Made by a program: the position numbers and the translations under genes. This document shows, piece by piece, positions 1 through 12,250 of a stretch of 64,000 bases of DNA (positions are counted from its first letter, which is position 1; each line of letters starts with the position of its first letter). The notes below the pieces were generated by a model. That model ran no database searches. It was not told the origin of the DNA and saw nothing but the letters and a program-made list of their open reading frames with translations. Source of the DNA: Anthoceros angustus (lineage: Eukaryota; Plantae; Anthocerotophyta); assembly GCA_010909165.1 (NCBI GenBank), contig VJWM01000044.1:2294001-2358000 (forward strand), written 5' to 3'.

Positions 1-72
1 CTGCCTGCTCATCTTGCTCCTGTTGCTTCCGCCGCTGCTGCCACGAAAATTGCCCCATGGTATCGCGGCCAT
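1..72 (-). CDS. Possible 5' end of a gene running off the left edge (MAAIPWGNFRGSSGGSNRSKMSRQ)
   Basis: ATG at 72 in GC-rich context with an open frame to base 1; no recognisable homology. Confidence 0.25.
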   Translation of the reverse strand, partial: MAAIPWGNFRGSSGGSNRSKMSRQ

Positions 73-290
73 GCCAACTGCTTTCACTCGAACCACAGAC
101 GCGAGGCTTAGGGCTTAAGTCCTGGTTAAAGTAACCGGAGTGAAGTTAAGCGTTTCTCGTCGTCCTTGTCGTCGGAAGGGAAGGGACGAGGATGGCTACT
201 TGCCAAGCACCCGCTTCTTATCCCGCGACATACGCTTAGAAACGTGCACTGTGACTCCGTGGTACACGTTCTGTTTTTCTGCGACGGCTC

Positions 291-2405
291 GATGGCTAAC
301 GTCCATGCCAATGCTGCGAACGCATTCGAGCTCATCTCGGAGTGCAAGAGCCAATTTGTGTGTTTGAAATCCGAGATCGGAATGGCTCTCAAGGAAGTAG
401 GTGCATCTGTTCAAAGCATTGCAATATTTCTTCCTTCAAGAGTTGCGGAGGAATCCGCGCGAGCTCTTAGCCTCATGGCTGCATATGTTGCGCCTGCATA
501 TGTTGTCGTGCACTTCAACTTTCAGGCTGAGGAGATGATGGCTTCGATGTCAGTTCCCTTGTTGCGTTTGATTGGCTTGAAAGAGGAGGAGATGAAGCGG
601 CAAGGGAGGCATAGCTCCATATTCTTTGTCCAGGCGGAGGATCAGAGTCATTCGACCGCAGTGAGTATTTGCCTTGTTGCGGATTCAGCGGCTGCACAAG
701 CCACTTCTACAAATTATCTGGAGGTCTTAATTGTCGTGATTTCAACTGTTTTGGTCAGTTTCGAGGCTCAGACGGATGCGAGCGGTCTTCTGAAGGATGT
801 CACGATGATCCATTCAAGTCTGTCAAGAAGACAACATTGATCAACGTACCTGCACGGGGCTTGGAGGTAGGAGAGTCTTAGTGCATGCAAAACATTTCAA
901 CGAATTCCAAGTAGGTAGATGTTGGCTGGTGTCCTGGAGAAATCGACTCAATGTGTGAAAGAAATAGCAGATAGCTGCAGCCATTATCTGCTACATATGT
1001 GGCACTGACTCTCTTGCGTCATGAATCTGCGGAACTTGCTCAACTTTAGCTGGAAGAAATGAGAAAGAAGGCTGCGAAGTTCTTGGCCAAGATTGAAGAG
1101 AAGCGTAAGCATCAGTTACGTGAGCTCGCCGATGCGCTTGACAAGCTAGAGGGGTCGGTAAACTCCGCAGAAAAACATCTCCTGTCAAAGGTTCAACTTC
1201 AGGAAGGGCAGATCGGAACTCTTGTTGACAAGTTCTGCCGGAAAGTGAGGGATGTTGATAAGGCGGTGCAAGATGTTAACAGCAGAAAAGCTAGTACTGC
1301 AGCGCCGGACAGACTCCAAATTGCAATGCAGAGCTATCAAACTTTGCTGTCTCTTACAGCAAGACTCTTACCAAGCATATTGGATGTGATTGGAGTAAAC
1401 CGCTCATCTCTAAAAGCAGATGTAGGCGAGATGGTGGAGTCTGTGCGTCATTGCATGCGAATGCCACTTCAGTTCATTTTGCAGCGTCTCAAAGCCCAAG
1501 CGTTGCTCATCCAGGTCCCAGAGCTTGAGGACCTGGTGGGACAGCTGCAGGCTGAAGCACATAGTTCTGTTTCATTCCTTGCATCGACAACTCACCAACA
1601 GCAGGATCAAATCAAGTGGCTGGATTCCTGCTGTAGTCAGAGTCGGGATGAGATTGAAGTTATGACAGAACGGCTAGAAGAGAGTGAGAAGACGAGGAAG
1701 GAGACCTTGCAGGATGTCAACAAGCACAAGGATGAGCTGGAGACGCTCAAAGTCGTGCAGGAAAAGACTGTGCGTGACCTTTCCTGTTGTATTGACGTTT
1801 TGGAAGCTTTGGTTGAAGATCAGGCATCTGAACTGTCAGTCAGTAAACAAAGCATTAGGTCCTTACAGGCTCAGTTACAGGCCGAACGCGCACTGCGAGA
1901 TGTAGTGGAGAAGAAAAGGAGCATACTTGCAGAGGAATCTTCGGTTCGGGAACTGCAGCAAAGCACCCAGCTGGATCTCGAGAAATATCAGTCACTAGCG
2001 GCGACAAGAGGCGCAGAAAACGAGAGGCTGCAAAGAGAGATGGGGGAGAAAGTCTTGCAGGTGGAGAGGCTGCAAGTAGAACTACACAGCAAACAAATTG
2101 AGATCATGAATTTGAAGAGGGATGCAGATGTTGCAGCAAAGCGGGCTAAACACCTTCAGAGCAAGCTAACAGATGGTACAGTTGAGAAACAAAGGGTTCA
2201 AAACGAGCTGAGGCATATGAAGGATACGGAATCTCAGAAGAAGAGGCGCTTGCGAAGTCGATCTTCACAAACTATTCAAGCACGAAGCTTGGAGGACGAG
2301 CCAAAAGTCTCAAAAACGTTTTCATGCATGTTTGTTCCAGGACCCAAGCTTATGAGCTGTACAGAGCTTTTAGAACACCAGATCCGGAACCCGAACCCTG
2401 CTTGA
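291..2405 (+). CDS. Uncharacterised long coiled-coil protein; 5' exon structure uncertain
   Basis: 448-aa ORF 1059-2405 rich in E/K/Q/L/R heptad-like runs; the upstream ORF 166-840 may supply 5' exons. Confidence 0.5.
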
Positions 2406-2613
2406 GGCTTGGCCTGACCTATTTTGGTGGACACTGCAAATGTAGGCTGAAGTTCTTTCTGGAAAGCTGTAAGCTCCGACATCATGTTCTAGATAACAGT
2501 CTACAACCTCGGAGGTGAACGCGTTCCATATATATCGTTGATGTATTCGAAGTAGTCATCCATGACATGGAGTCATCTATAGTGTGTCAGCTGGCACACC
2601 AAAGAAGTACATC

Positions 2614-4714
2614 CTAAGAGTTGAAGAACGTCAAAACTCGGTCATAGACATCTGAGCCTGCTTTCACGCTGAGAATGAAATCCCCGTGAGCATATTCCGG
2701 AAGGTAGATCACTTGCGGATTGTTTTTCAGCTGCTTCATTAATTGTGACACATCAGCAGGATCAGCCAGATCGTCGTTTCCACCATGGGCAAGCAGCAAG
2801 GGTACAGAAATCTCAGAGAGACTGTAGGCGGGCGGGGAGAAAGATCGATAACGCTGCAGATTTCCCCAGAAGCCATAATCGAACCTGGCAAAGCGCCGAG
2901 ACCTGAGCACTGCCAAAGACCAACCACACAACCACTCGACGGAAATTTAGCTATAGTACCATCACGCCAGAGCCGTGAAAGCTAGAAGTAGCTGGGTTTC
3001 CAAATCTTACGCTGAGCTAAATGATGGACATTCTTGAGAGATGTGGGCTGCAATTGGTACTTCGTGTAGTAGGTGTAGTGTGTGGTATTGAGGCAGCAAT
3101 TGGGTCCTGCACCCAGTAACTCAATTCAAGCATTTATTCGTAGTAGCTGACAAGTCTGTCATCTGGAGAGGGTGACAGTTCCAAGTACGCGTACAAGGAC
3201 TGGACGGGCGAAACTCACGGGTAGGCACCATTGAATTTTGAGAGGATCTGCATACCTGTAATCGCTGTCACCACATCGGGGTAGCAACTTGCTCTGCTGC
3301 ACGCTACGCCTGCGATGCTCCGTAACACCTTGCTGTCAACCACACAAGTACAGACATCGTAGGCAATAATTAGAGACCTGAGGATCGTCACTGATGAAAT
3401 ATATGGCCAGCCACAGTCGACGATCACTTACTCGTAAGCGCTGAACTCGTAGATTCCAGCAGCCTCTAATAGCTGAAGTGAATCGGTGCATCAGACTGAG
3501 TGAGTAAGGACCGGCTGCAGAGGAGGAAAAGCTGACGACAGAAGTATGACAGTGTCCAGAGGAAGGAAACTCACATCGTCTACATATAGCCAAGCAGCCG
3601 CTGCTGCTAGCTTGGACTGGATGTTGCTGACGTATGAGACTGGACTCAGCATGGCTGCTTTTGCTATCATGCCTGTCATGATCTCCTTGTTAGAGCCGAA
3701 TGCTGCAAATGCGCTCATCGTCCCCTGCGCACAAAATTTTCAGATTCACACCCTGGGCTCCCTTGTAAGCTGGAGTCCCGAAGTGTGGGAATCCATCTTC
3801 ACCTGAGAGTAGCCTACGTAATGAACTTTGGCGTTGGTCCTCGAGTGCACGAAGCGCAGCATTGTGGGTAGGTCCTCACCTGCCAGTTCGTCCAAGCCCC
3901 AATCCCAAAACCTCTGCCACAAGACGAGTCCCAAAAACATGAGCAACAAAACGTGGGAAACCTCAAATCGCATTCAAGACAGCTGCCGATCTTCCCACCT
4001 TGTCCCTCCGAGTGTAATGCATGTGTCCGAAGCTGAAGTTGGAGGACCTGCTGTTTCCCAGGTAGACTTCATATCCAGCGTCAGCCAGGACGAAGCCCAG
4101 AGATTGCTTCTGCGGGTTCATCACCCAGATGTCCGCTCCCTGGTGCAGAAATTTCATGTTGATGAGTGCTCCGCTACCTAGTTCAGTCTAGCGATCAAAA
4201 CACGAAGCATCCTGACGCAGATAAATTGGTATCACCTGTAACAGCTTCGACACCTCGAAAGCTTACCTGCATAATTCCATGGTAGAGAAATGCAGGTCCC
4301 CTGTGCGGAGGGCTATGCATTTTGCTCCACAGCCTCTGCACGCCTAGGTGGAATCCGCTGCTCGTAGTCACCTGCACAGAGATATCTCGGCGTTGCCAAG
4401 AAAATTCCCGCCCGTTTCCATACAAACCATCTGGGGAAACGATCTAAGATGAAGAAAATCCTGAGGCATTTCTGTCAGATGGCGGAAGCCCGCACCTTGT
4501 ATTCCTCGCAGTTGTAGTATCTGCTAAGGTCCCGAACAAATGTTCCGCAAAGTCCCGTGGTTGTTACTACCAATTCCGATCGCACCAGGTCTTGGCCGGA
4601 CGAGCTGGGGCTCCATGCTAAGAACAGGCAGAGGATTGCCAACGTCTGCGAACACGTCGCGAGGATGTGTGGAGAAGCTCCATCGCTGGTTCTGCGCATT
4701 CTTATCATCTTCAC
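2614..4714 (-). CDS. Triacylglycerol lipase (LIP1/gastric-lysosomal acid lipase type, alpha/beta hydrolase), 9 exons
   Basis: Spliced by eye with GT-AG joins. Hydrophobic leader, LYHGIMQ oxyanion motif, LGFVLADAGYEVYLGNSR, nucleophile GYSQ|G, GPNCCLN, catalytic Asp (NDDLADP) and His (YAHGDF). Confidence 0.9.
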
Positions 4715-6104
4715 CTACAGGTCGGCACTATGTGAACTCTCAATCAAAGACAGTAGTAGAGCTTCAAGAGTGTCAGCACTGTGTCAACGGATCAAGTCTC
4801 TATTTGGGGTATGTGGATGTCTGTACCTCGGAAGCGTGAAATGGTTCAGAGCGGGACTTAGGAGAGAACACTAGAGGATTCCTGTAACGACATGGGACTC
4901 TCTTGGACAGGATGCATTTGAAGCAATGGCGTGGTTCCAAGCGGATGCAGCTGGAGGGGAATCTTGTCCTCACTGGCTACACATGGTACATACTATCAAA
5001 TTGCCTTCACCTGACAGTCAATGGCTGTGCAAGGTACAGCAAATGGAACGGGTCCGTGAAAGTTTCATGAATGTGATGAATCAATCCAAGTTCACAATCG
5101 TGGGCCCTGCTCCGACAATCCGAGCCATCAAAGCACCACTAGAGCAGCCAACCTCTGTGTTCACACTACAGGCGAGGACAAGGGGACTTTCCTCCTCTGC
5201 CAGCAGAAAAGAACCCAGACAAAAACACCTGGAACCAATGTGAAGCAGGTGATCGAAGACAGCATTTGAAGGAAGGCTGCCAGGGATGGATGACCTACCG
5301 CCGGAGGACCACGGGCCTGATCAGAGGTAGCCATTTTCTACGGTGTAATAATTCAAGGCTTCCGTTGGCGATGTTGACGGATCATCCCGTTGCTCCAGAA
5401 GCTTCACTTCCGTAGTACTTTCCCCTTGTGTGGCCACTACCCCAAGAGCTGGTGCTGTCAGCTGTGAGATAATGGCAGCCCTGACCCTTTTAACCTACAC
5501 CAATTGCTGTCCCTCCACTGAAGTACAACTTGCTGGTAACAGTCACCTGTTGGAGCTGGTGAAAACTGGTAGCAACCGTCCACAAACAAGCGTGATTCAG
5601 ATGGGATAACGCTTACCCTTCATGTTCCATCTACACCTAGGTGTCATTGCGAACACTCCTATTCTGACCGGAAATTTATCTGAGCTTTGCCAGCACGAAA
5701 AGAAATTCCACAGTCGAAGTGCTGATGAAGCGGCCCGGTTGCGACAGGAGTGAGGCCCCACGAGGTTTCTACAGATTTTCGACAAAAGGAGGAGGATGGG
5801 TTTCTGTGAACAGGAGTGCCTGGTACAAAAGACACCTAGGAGGTGGTATTAACAGAAGAATTGCAACGGCCTTTCATCTGGACGATAGCAATATCTGCAC
5901 AAAGCGGACACGACTCCAGTCAGAGTCAGTATGTAACATTATTTCCCCACTTGACACTGCTTGCAAAACTTGAATGTTACCAGCCTGACATGCTAACCCT
6001 GCTTGCAAAACTTGAATGCCGAAACTGGTAGCATACTCCTCAAGCCGCTCCATGACATACCAATCATTTTTCCCACCACAAGACCTGGGCACATGCAGGG
6101 ATGC

Positions 6105-6345
6105 TGCAAGTTGAAAAGGTGGCAAGCCATGAGGCTTTGTCAGAACCATGACATGGAGTGCAATAAAAAGATGAGAGTCCACAAGGACTTCTGTACTTGG
6201 TCACACTTTGCACTAGCCAGAAACATGAGTGGGCCAGCTTACCGCAAAGTAAGCTGGAAGTCCTTGTGGCCTCCCAGCTTTTCAGTGCACTGCATGTCAT
6301 GGTTCTTACGATGCTTATCATAGCTTGTCACCTTTTCAACTTGCA
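6105..6345. repeat. Imperfect inverted repeat (~85-bp arms at 6105-6191 and 6257-6345), foldback/MITE-like
   Basis: TGCAAGTTGAAAAGGTG.CAAGC.ATGA...AGAACCATGACATG.AGTGCA...CCACAAGGACTTC occurs on + at 6105 and on - reading down from 6345. Confidence 0.75.
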
Positions 6346-8180
6346 ACGTGACTGAACCGTCCAGACAATTATAGGAGTAGTTTCTGAACTCCAGATAATC
6401 CTGCATGTTGAATCTGGAGAGATCAGACTTGTATCATTAAGATCATAAGAAGGCGTCACACGCTGTCTAAGAACACACTGTGCTTCTGAGCGAAGGACCT
6501 GCAGTATGTCCAAGGTGCGAGCCATTTGGGCAAAAATGACAACAAGATGACCCTCATGTAATCTCTTTAAGATCATGTCCAGCAACTTCAGCTTTGAACT
6601 GGCCTGTATGCAACGGAAGTTAACCACCAATGCCAATGACACATGACCAACATGATGGATGATAATGTTTAGTACCTGCACCAGGTGCTCACCTCTTCGA
6701 ATGGCTCTGGTTCTACACCATTGAAGGTGACCTGTACCTGTCCCTCCATCTGCAGAAGTATGCCAAGGTTAAATCCATCATGGCCACCTTTACACTGCTG
6801 GTACTCACAGGGAAGACTGGTGGAAATCCAGAATAATCAAGCTTACGTGCTCCAACCCTGACATATGTGCTGAAAAGCTGAATGAACGCGTTTAGGTTGT
6901 TAGAAACGGAAAGTTCACAGAAGTGCAGAAGAGACCAAAGCTCAGTCAGGTGATTTTATATCGGCGTCCCGGTCAGAGGAAGCCTTCTTGACAGCGGGAA
7001 ATACTGTTTTAAGGTCTTGAACAAACTCTGGAAAACACGTACAAACCAGATTGGACAACAGCAAGTATGTCATTCAGTGCCTAAAATGTCATGGCTAGAA
7101 TGGTGGAAATGAACTGTTACCCTTGTGCAACGAAAGGTTACAGAATAGAATATCTACACTTGAGAAGTTCTTGAGACACTGAGCTTCATCAACTATGATA
7201 TATTCCCAGGTTACAGCAGCAAGGAATTCGACATCCGCCATCACAAGCTCATACGTGGTCACCATAACAGCAAATGTATCCTGCGTTGCCACGTCCATAT
7301 CATATGTAAGATGTGGCGCACGAAGTACTCCAAATTCTGCCAGCCAAGTAATGTAGGTGTGCAGCATGAAGCAGTGCATAAACAGAGTGAAGAGGACCGT
7401 ACAGCGTCAAAGTTACTACGAATGCTTGTTCTGTTATCTTTCCGGCCAGTATATGCTAGAATTCTGAGATCTGGAGCAAACCTACCAAACTCAGAAACTC
7501 AGCCTTCCATGACGATCAAAGGGCACAGTACCACTGCCAAACAATTCATGCCCTCCATGTATCAGAACCGGCCAGAAACATGAACAATTCTGGCACTAAA
7601 TCAATACTTGGACGAGAGTGCTCATACGAATTGGCCTGGAAAGTTCTGAGTCTTCAAATAAGCTATGAGTGCTATCGTCTGCAAAGTCTTGCCGAGTCCC
7701 ATCTACGGGCACCAACAGCCAAATCAGAAGATCGTCAAGAAAGACATGTCACGTCACTGCTGGTGGCTTGATTCGTGATCCCATGGAGCAGGCTCTGACC
7801 TCATCGCCTGAGCATGAACAGAAGGCCACCATGTCACGAAATGCAACAAACCACCTGCACACGGGTCTCAGATACTGTGACATTGTAGATCGGCTGATAG
7901 AGACCAGCTGAAATGTGAGTGCTGACCGAGAATCACGTTCGTTCCGTCGTTGTAGCGACGGATCAGCCAGGCCACTCCCTCCACCTTGTGCGGCTTCAGC
8001 ACAGAGTTACGCCCCAGCTGGCGTAATTGGCCATACTTCACCGGCGTCTCTCTTGCCTTCTTCCATGGCCGTCGCAACTTGCTCCCGGAGAGCCTCCCCG
8101 TCCACATCCACGTCCATGGCCACCGTCCCGGAGAGCCTCCCCGTCCTCCTCACAAACAATCTGCTCCACAGTCGGCACGG
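6330..8180 (-). pseudogene. CHR10: SNF2-family helicase pseudogene, CHR10/CHD1L(ALC1)-like
   Basis: LKPHKVEGVAWLIRRY..NVILG|DE|MGLGKTLQ, VTTYE, IIVDEAQCLKN, RLPLTGTPI*NHLTELWSLLHF (TAA at 6956-6958 in place of Q), VVIFAQMARTLDILQ, DYLEFRNYSYNCLDGSV, after which homology is lost at the inverted repeat. Confidence 0.8.
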
Positions 8181-8950
8181 CCTTCACGAGAAGAAGGAGA
8201 AGGAATTTATTCGAGCGTGCAGCAGCATGAAATCCCCTGCCACGGACTGTTGAATGCCGTTGCTACGTCACACCTTCCGTAGACGTAGGAAAACGAATGA
8301 AGGCGCCTGAATTCAGGACATGCTCGGGGGCAGGTTGTCATGAACTGCAACCACGTGGTTTCACACCTGGAAACGGACTTGTAAGAGGATTCGAGTCATT
8401 CGACGCATGTGTCCATCGGCAAACGAGGAACGCACGCAAACGTCGCTGTGACACTCGGATCCTTCAAGCCGGCTCGTATGGTGATGTAAAGCCGCATTCG
8501 CTGTTGCTATTTTTTGCAATAATATAGATATTTATAAAATCTATAATATATAGTATAATATACATAATCAAGACAAGGACGATGGACTGGAAGTACTTGT
8601 TTAACAACATGAGTAACTTGAGGTCTTTTTATATTTCTGAGTATGATATGATAGGGGAATGGATGATTTAGATCTATTACATCCAAAACATAGTTTCCCT
8701 CTTCATCGTGATCTTTAGGATCTTCCTTTAGAATATTATATGGTAGACAGAATTCTCTCATATTTTTTTATTCAATAAATATATTTAATTTTAATTTCGT
8801 AACCTAAATAAAAATTAAATATGAGTAGTTGTCCTTCTATACATCATGTTACACCTTACCTAGGTGTTGCCAACTACTATGAAAGGAGACAGACATTTCG
8901 AGCTTGCAGCTCATTGAAACTTGCAGCTCATTGAAACATCGTTATTCATA

Positions 8951-9691
8951 TTAATGTCGACCAGCATGCATCTTATGTGCTGTAAAACACTTTGTATTAG
9001 AACCAATAACCATCACATTTTAGCTCATATAAGCCCATATTAACTCTCACATAGGCCTATATTAACTCTGATATGTATTCTGCTAGTACCACAAATTTGC
9101 AAAATGATAGGTTTTTTAATTTACCTGATGAACCAGAATGAGCAGTTGTATTTGGTTGATCATGATGATGTGCTTCATGGTGCAATCGTGATTCCCCTTG
9201 CATTGGTGCCATACAAAAACATGTTGTGCAACCACTTTGATTTTTTGGGGATGTGTGGCCCCTTGAATGTGTTGTAATGTCGTGATGGATGATACCCCAA
9301 GGTGAAGAAGGCACCTCTGATGCCCCCTCTGACAGTCTATTAGGCCTATGGCAACGTAACTTATGCGCTAGCTTCTTCCAATTAATGTGATTTTTATGTT
9401 GACCATGTGGAGAAGATGAAGGTGGAGGATTTTCTGGAAAACATTAGTCAAAATATAGTCACCCAAAGAAAGCATTGTTGAGAAACTGAAAAAACAAAGC
9501 CTTTTTCAGCAAATAGTGTAACTGACTTCTTTAGCAAATGGTGGACATTTGCAACCAATATTACCTTTTTTATGTAATCTACCTCGTGTCAAGCTTCCCC
9601 AATCTTTTCGCCATTTGCCTGTGGTCCAATGGCGTTTTTCTTTCAATTCTTCATGAGGCCTTCTATGCTTACTACTGTAGGCATTACCCAT
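8951..9691 (-). CDS. Orphan 154-aa basic, His-rich protein with an MGNAYS N-terminus; exons 9691-9565, 9433-9125, 8979-8951
   Basis: Two canonical phase-1 GT-AG introns (G|GTAATA..TTCCAG| and G|GTAAAT..TTACAG|) join into a stop-free 465-nt CDS ending AHKMHAGRH*. Confidence 0.55.
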
Positions 9692-11200
9692 AAAAATCAA
9701 AAGAGATGACCGTTTGGCAATTCCTGAGAAACATACAAACGTACTTATGTTTGAAAATAGATATATATGCTTTCTGGAAGGATGTTTCTGAATACTTTCA
9801 CAATTACATTCTTGTTCAAAATGATTGTATGTGATGGGCATGTATAGCTATGTCCTACTTTTGTTTGCTTTTTGAATAATTTTTTGTTTCCCCATAGTTT
9901 TGTAACTTCAGCTATACAATGTAGATTTTCCATCATTTATTCCATCACTTAGGCAGCACTTTATTCAATCTCATGGTTTTGTAGCTTGAACTATACAAGG
10001 CAAACTTTCCATCACATATGTCCCACTTTATCCAACCTCATGTTAACTTAGTTGATGTTCATATATACTTGAAGTAACTTATGACTTCCAATGAGATTTG
10101 TCCTTCCATCACACGAGCAATCCAACCTGTAGGACCTTCCAGAAGGCCTTCGTGACTAGAAAGCGTAATATAATACATTGAAGTGTGGTTGTAAAACATT
10201 AAAAGTGCAATACTTAGATACAAATCCAGAAATCCCTTTAACAAATTCAATAAGTGTGCTTAATGGTATTTATGTTCATCCAAATTAGAAAGCACAACTA
10301 AAATTGTATTATGTCAAAGTATTGATAGGTACTTAGTTATAAGATATCTTATGTTTAATTTAATATATTGAGTCTCCTCTTATAGCAATTTACTACCTAA
10401 TATAATTTGCAGTACAAAAGTTTTGTTTGTGAGAGTGTATGCAAGTATTATGGATTATCTTAGTCACCTAGTAATCTTCAAGTTTTTTGATTTTTTTTGT
10501 CTTAAATTAAAGAATTAAATTATTTTCTACATTCCTAACCTAGTACTATTATTAACCTATATTAAATTCTATCAATTTATTATATTTAATTATTTATAAA
10601 ATAAATGAAATAAATTATTTAATATTTTAATTATTACATTGATTATTATTACATCTCTTATTAAAATTAGCAACAAGAATAACAACAATAAATTTTTCAA
10701 TTTTTTCATGTTTTGATGGTCCTAAATATACATCCCTTGCACAATAATTAAGATAAATAGAATGAGAATGAGCTTGATGATATTTTGTAATTGATAACAT
10801 ACATGTATGTGTTGTACACGAGCTTTCTACAATATGACAATGGCGGATCCAAAAATGGACTAGCTACACCTCATTGAGACCACGAGAGAAATGTTTCTTT
10901 CTAACTTTTAAGATTATGTTCCAAACAGAATGAAACAATTTTCTTTTTTTGTAACAAATGCAACAATATAACTTGTTAGTTAAGTAACACTAATAATGTA
11001 TCTATACTTCATTTTTCAAAAGTAGACACATCGTCCATGACATCCCAGTAACCAAAGAGAGTCTCATAAAGGATGTCTATCCACACAAATATGGTAAGGA
11101 ACCTCCAATCTAATGTTCCACAACAGAACATCTTAAAGACTTCATTTTTTAGAATATTATTGAAATCAAAATTTCTAGACAAGGTGCCTCAAGTACTGGG

Positions 11201-12250
11201 TTAAATCAAAAATGCAACTTGATCAATAGCTTCCTTGAATCCCATGCCAAAGTACAAGGAGCCCCAAGCTTTAGTGAGATGTGAGTAATAAAAATGATAA
11301 CCTGGCCATATACAACTTCTAATAATTACTTCTTGTGTGAGAGGCTGCACATGTAATGTCCAGACTCCATTCACATCATTTGAAAGTGGTGCTTCCTCAT
11401 AACCTTGTAATAATTTACCATACCAATCAAGCTTATCCAATTGTGTGACTCCATTAAATACAATATTTTTAACTAGTTGTTTTGATGTGGTTAACACTGA
11501 GGCACCAATAGGGATTACATTACACTCTTGATCAATCCATCTAACTATTGCTGAAAGCCTTTCTAACTCTCTCACTTCTACTCCTTTTGGCCCTAAGTCC
11601 ACAGGTGGATCGGGTTTTTTTGGGTTCTTGGGTGCATCATCCATCTCATCCCACACAGTCTCTTTCACGAATTGTTTTGATAATGCATTTGCAGAATCTT
11701 TTGCTTCTTCTTGTCCCTTTGAAGTACTTGGTTCATCTTTACTTTCATGTTTCAGCTCTGAAAACTGTCTGGCATCACTTTTTCTCAACTCCGGAAGCTT
11801 ATATATAGGCCTTGGATGAGCACCTGGCGGAATGTACCACGGGGTTTTTTGCTTAGGAACTTTAGGTAATGGGGGAGGCTGTATTACATCTGGAACAAAG
11901 AACGTAGCACCAATGTCTCCTGTAAAATTCTCCTTTATTTCCTTGCATTTCTCATACAAAGCATCTGGAATTGGATGAAGATCCAACCAAGTTTTTCCGT
12001 CTTGGCTAAAATAGTAAAGATACTCAATCCTTATTTTTTTATCAATCTTATGGATTGTATTATATCCTTGTGCAAGTATGTAGTTCTTTCCATTTGTTAC
12101 AAATATAGTGCCCCAAAGATTAAGGTTTGCCAGTCCACTCTCATGTTTCTTGAAAATCAATGAAAGATCTATTGCAGCTCTCTTCTCAGCTGGAAATACA
12201 CATCCACAAGAAGCAAGGCCTTCTAAGACCAAAAATGAGTTGGCATCCAT
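11201..12250 (-). CDS. RSPH9: Flagellar radial spoke head protein 9 homologue, intronless
   Basis: LASCGCVFPAEKRAAI..SL..KK, LWGTIF..NGKNYILAQG, YYFSQDGKTWLDL, FTGD, ELERLSAIVRWIDQECNVIPIGA, IIRSCIWPGYHFY, WGSLYFGMG. Confidence 0.85.
   Translation of the reverse strand: MDANSFLVLEGLASCGCVFPAEKRAAIDLSLIFKKHESGLANLNLWGTIFVTNGKNYILAQGYNTIHKIDKKIRIEYLYYFSQDGKTWLDLHPIPDALYEKCKEIKENFTGDIGATFFVPDVIQPPPLPKVPKQKTPWYIPPGAHPRPIYKLPELRKSDARQFSELKHESKDEPSTSKGQEEAKDSANALSKQFVKETVWDEMDDAPKNPKKPDPPVDLGPKGVEVRELERLSAIVRWIDQECNVIPIGASVLTTSKQLVKNIVFNGVTQLDKLDWYGKLLQGYEEAPLSNDVNGVWTLHVQPLTQEVIIRSCIWPGYHFYYSHLTKAWGSLYFGMGFKEAIDQVAFLI

Noticed and set aside
6956-6958. TAA rescued by U-to-C RNA editing
   Set aside because: Such editing is known for organellar transcripts, and this nuclear gene has other lesions.
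8507-8761. 84-aa AT-rich ORF as a gene
   Set aside because: No homology or splice support, and a low-complexity Tyr-rich tail; left unassigned.
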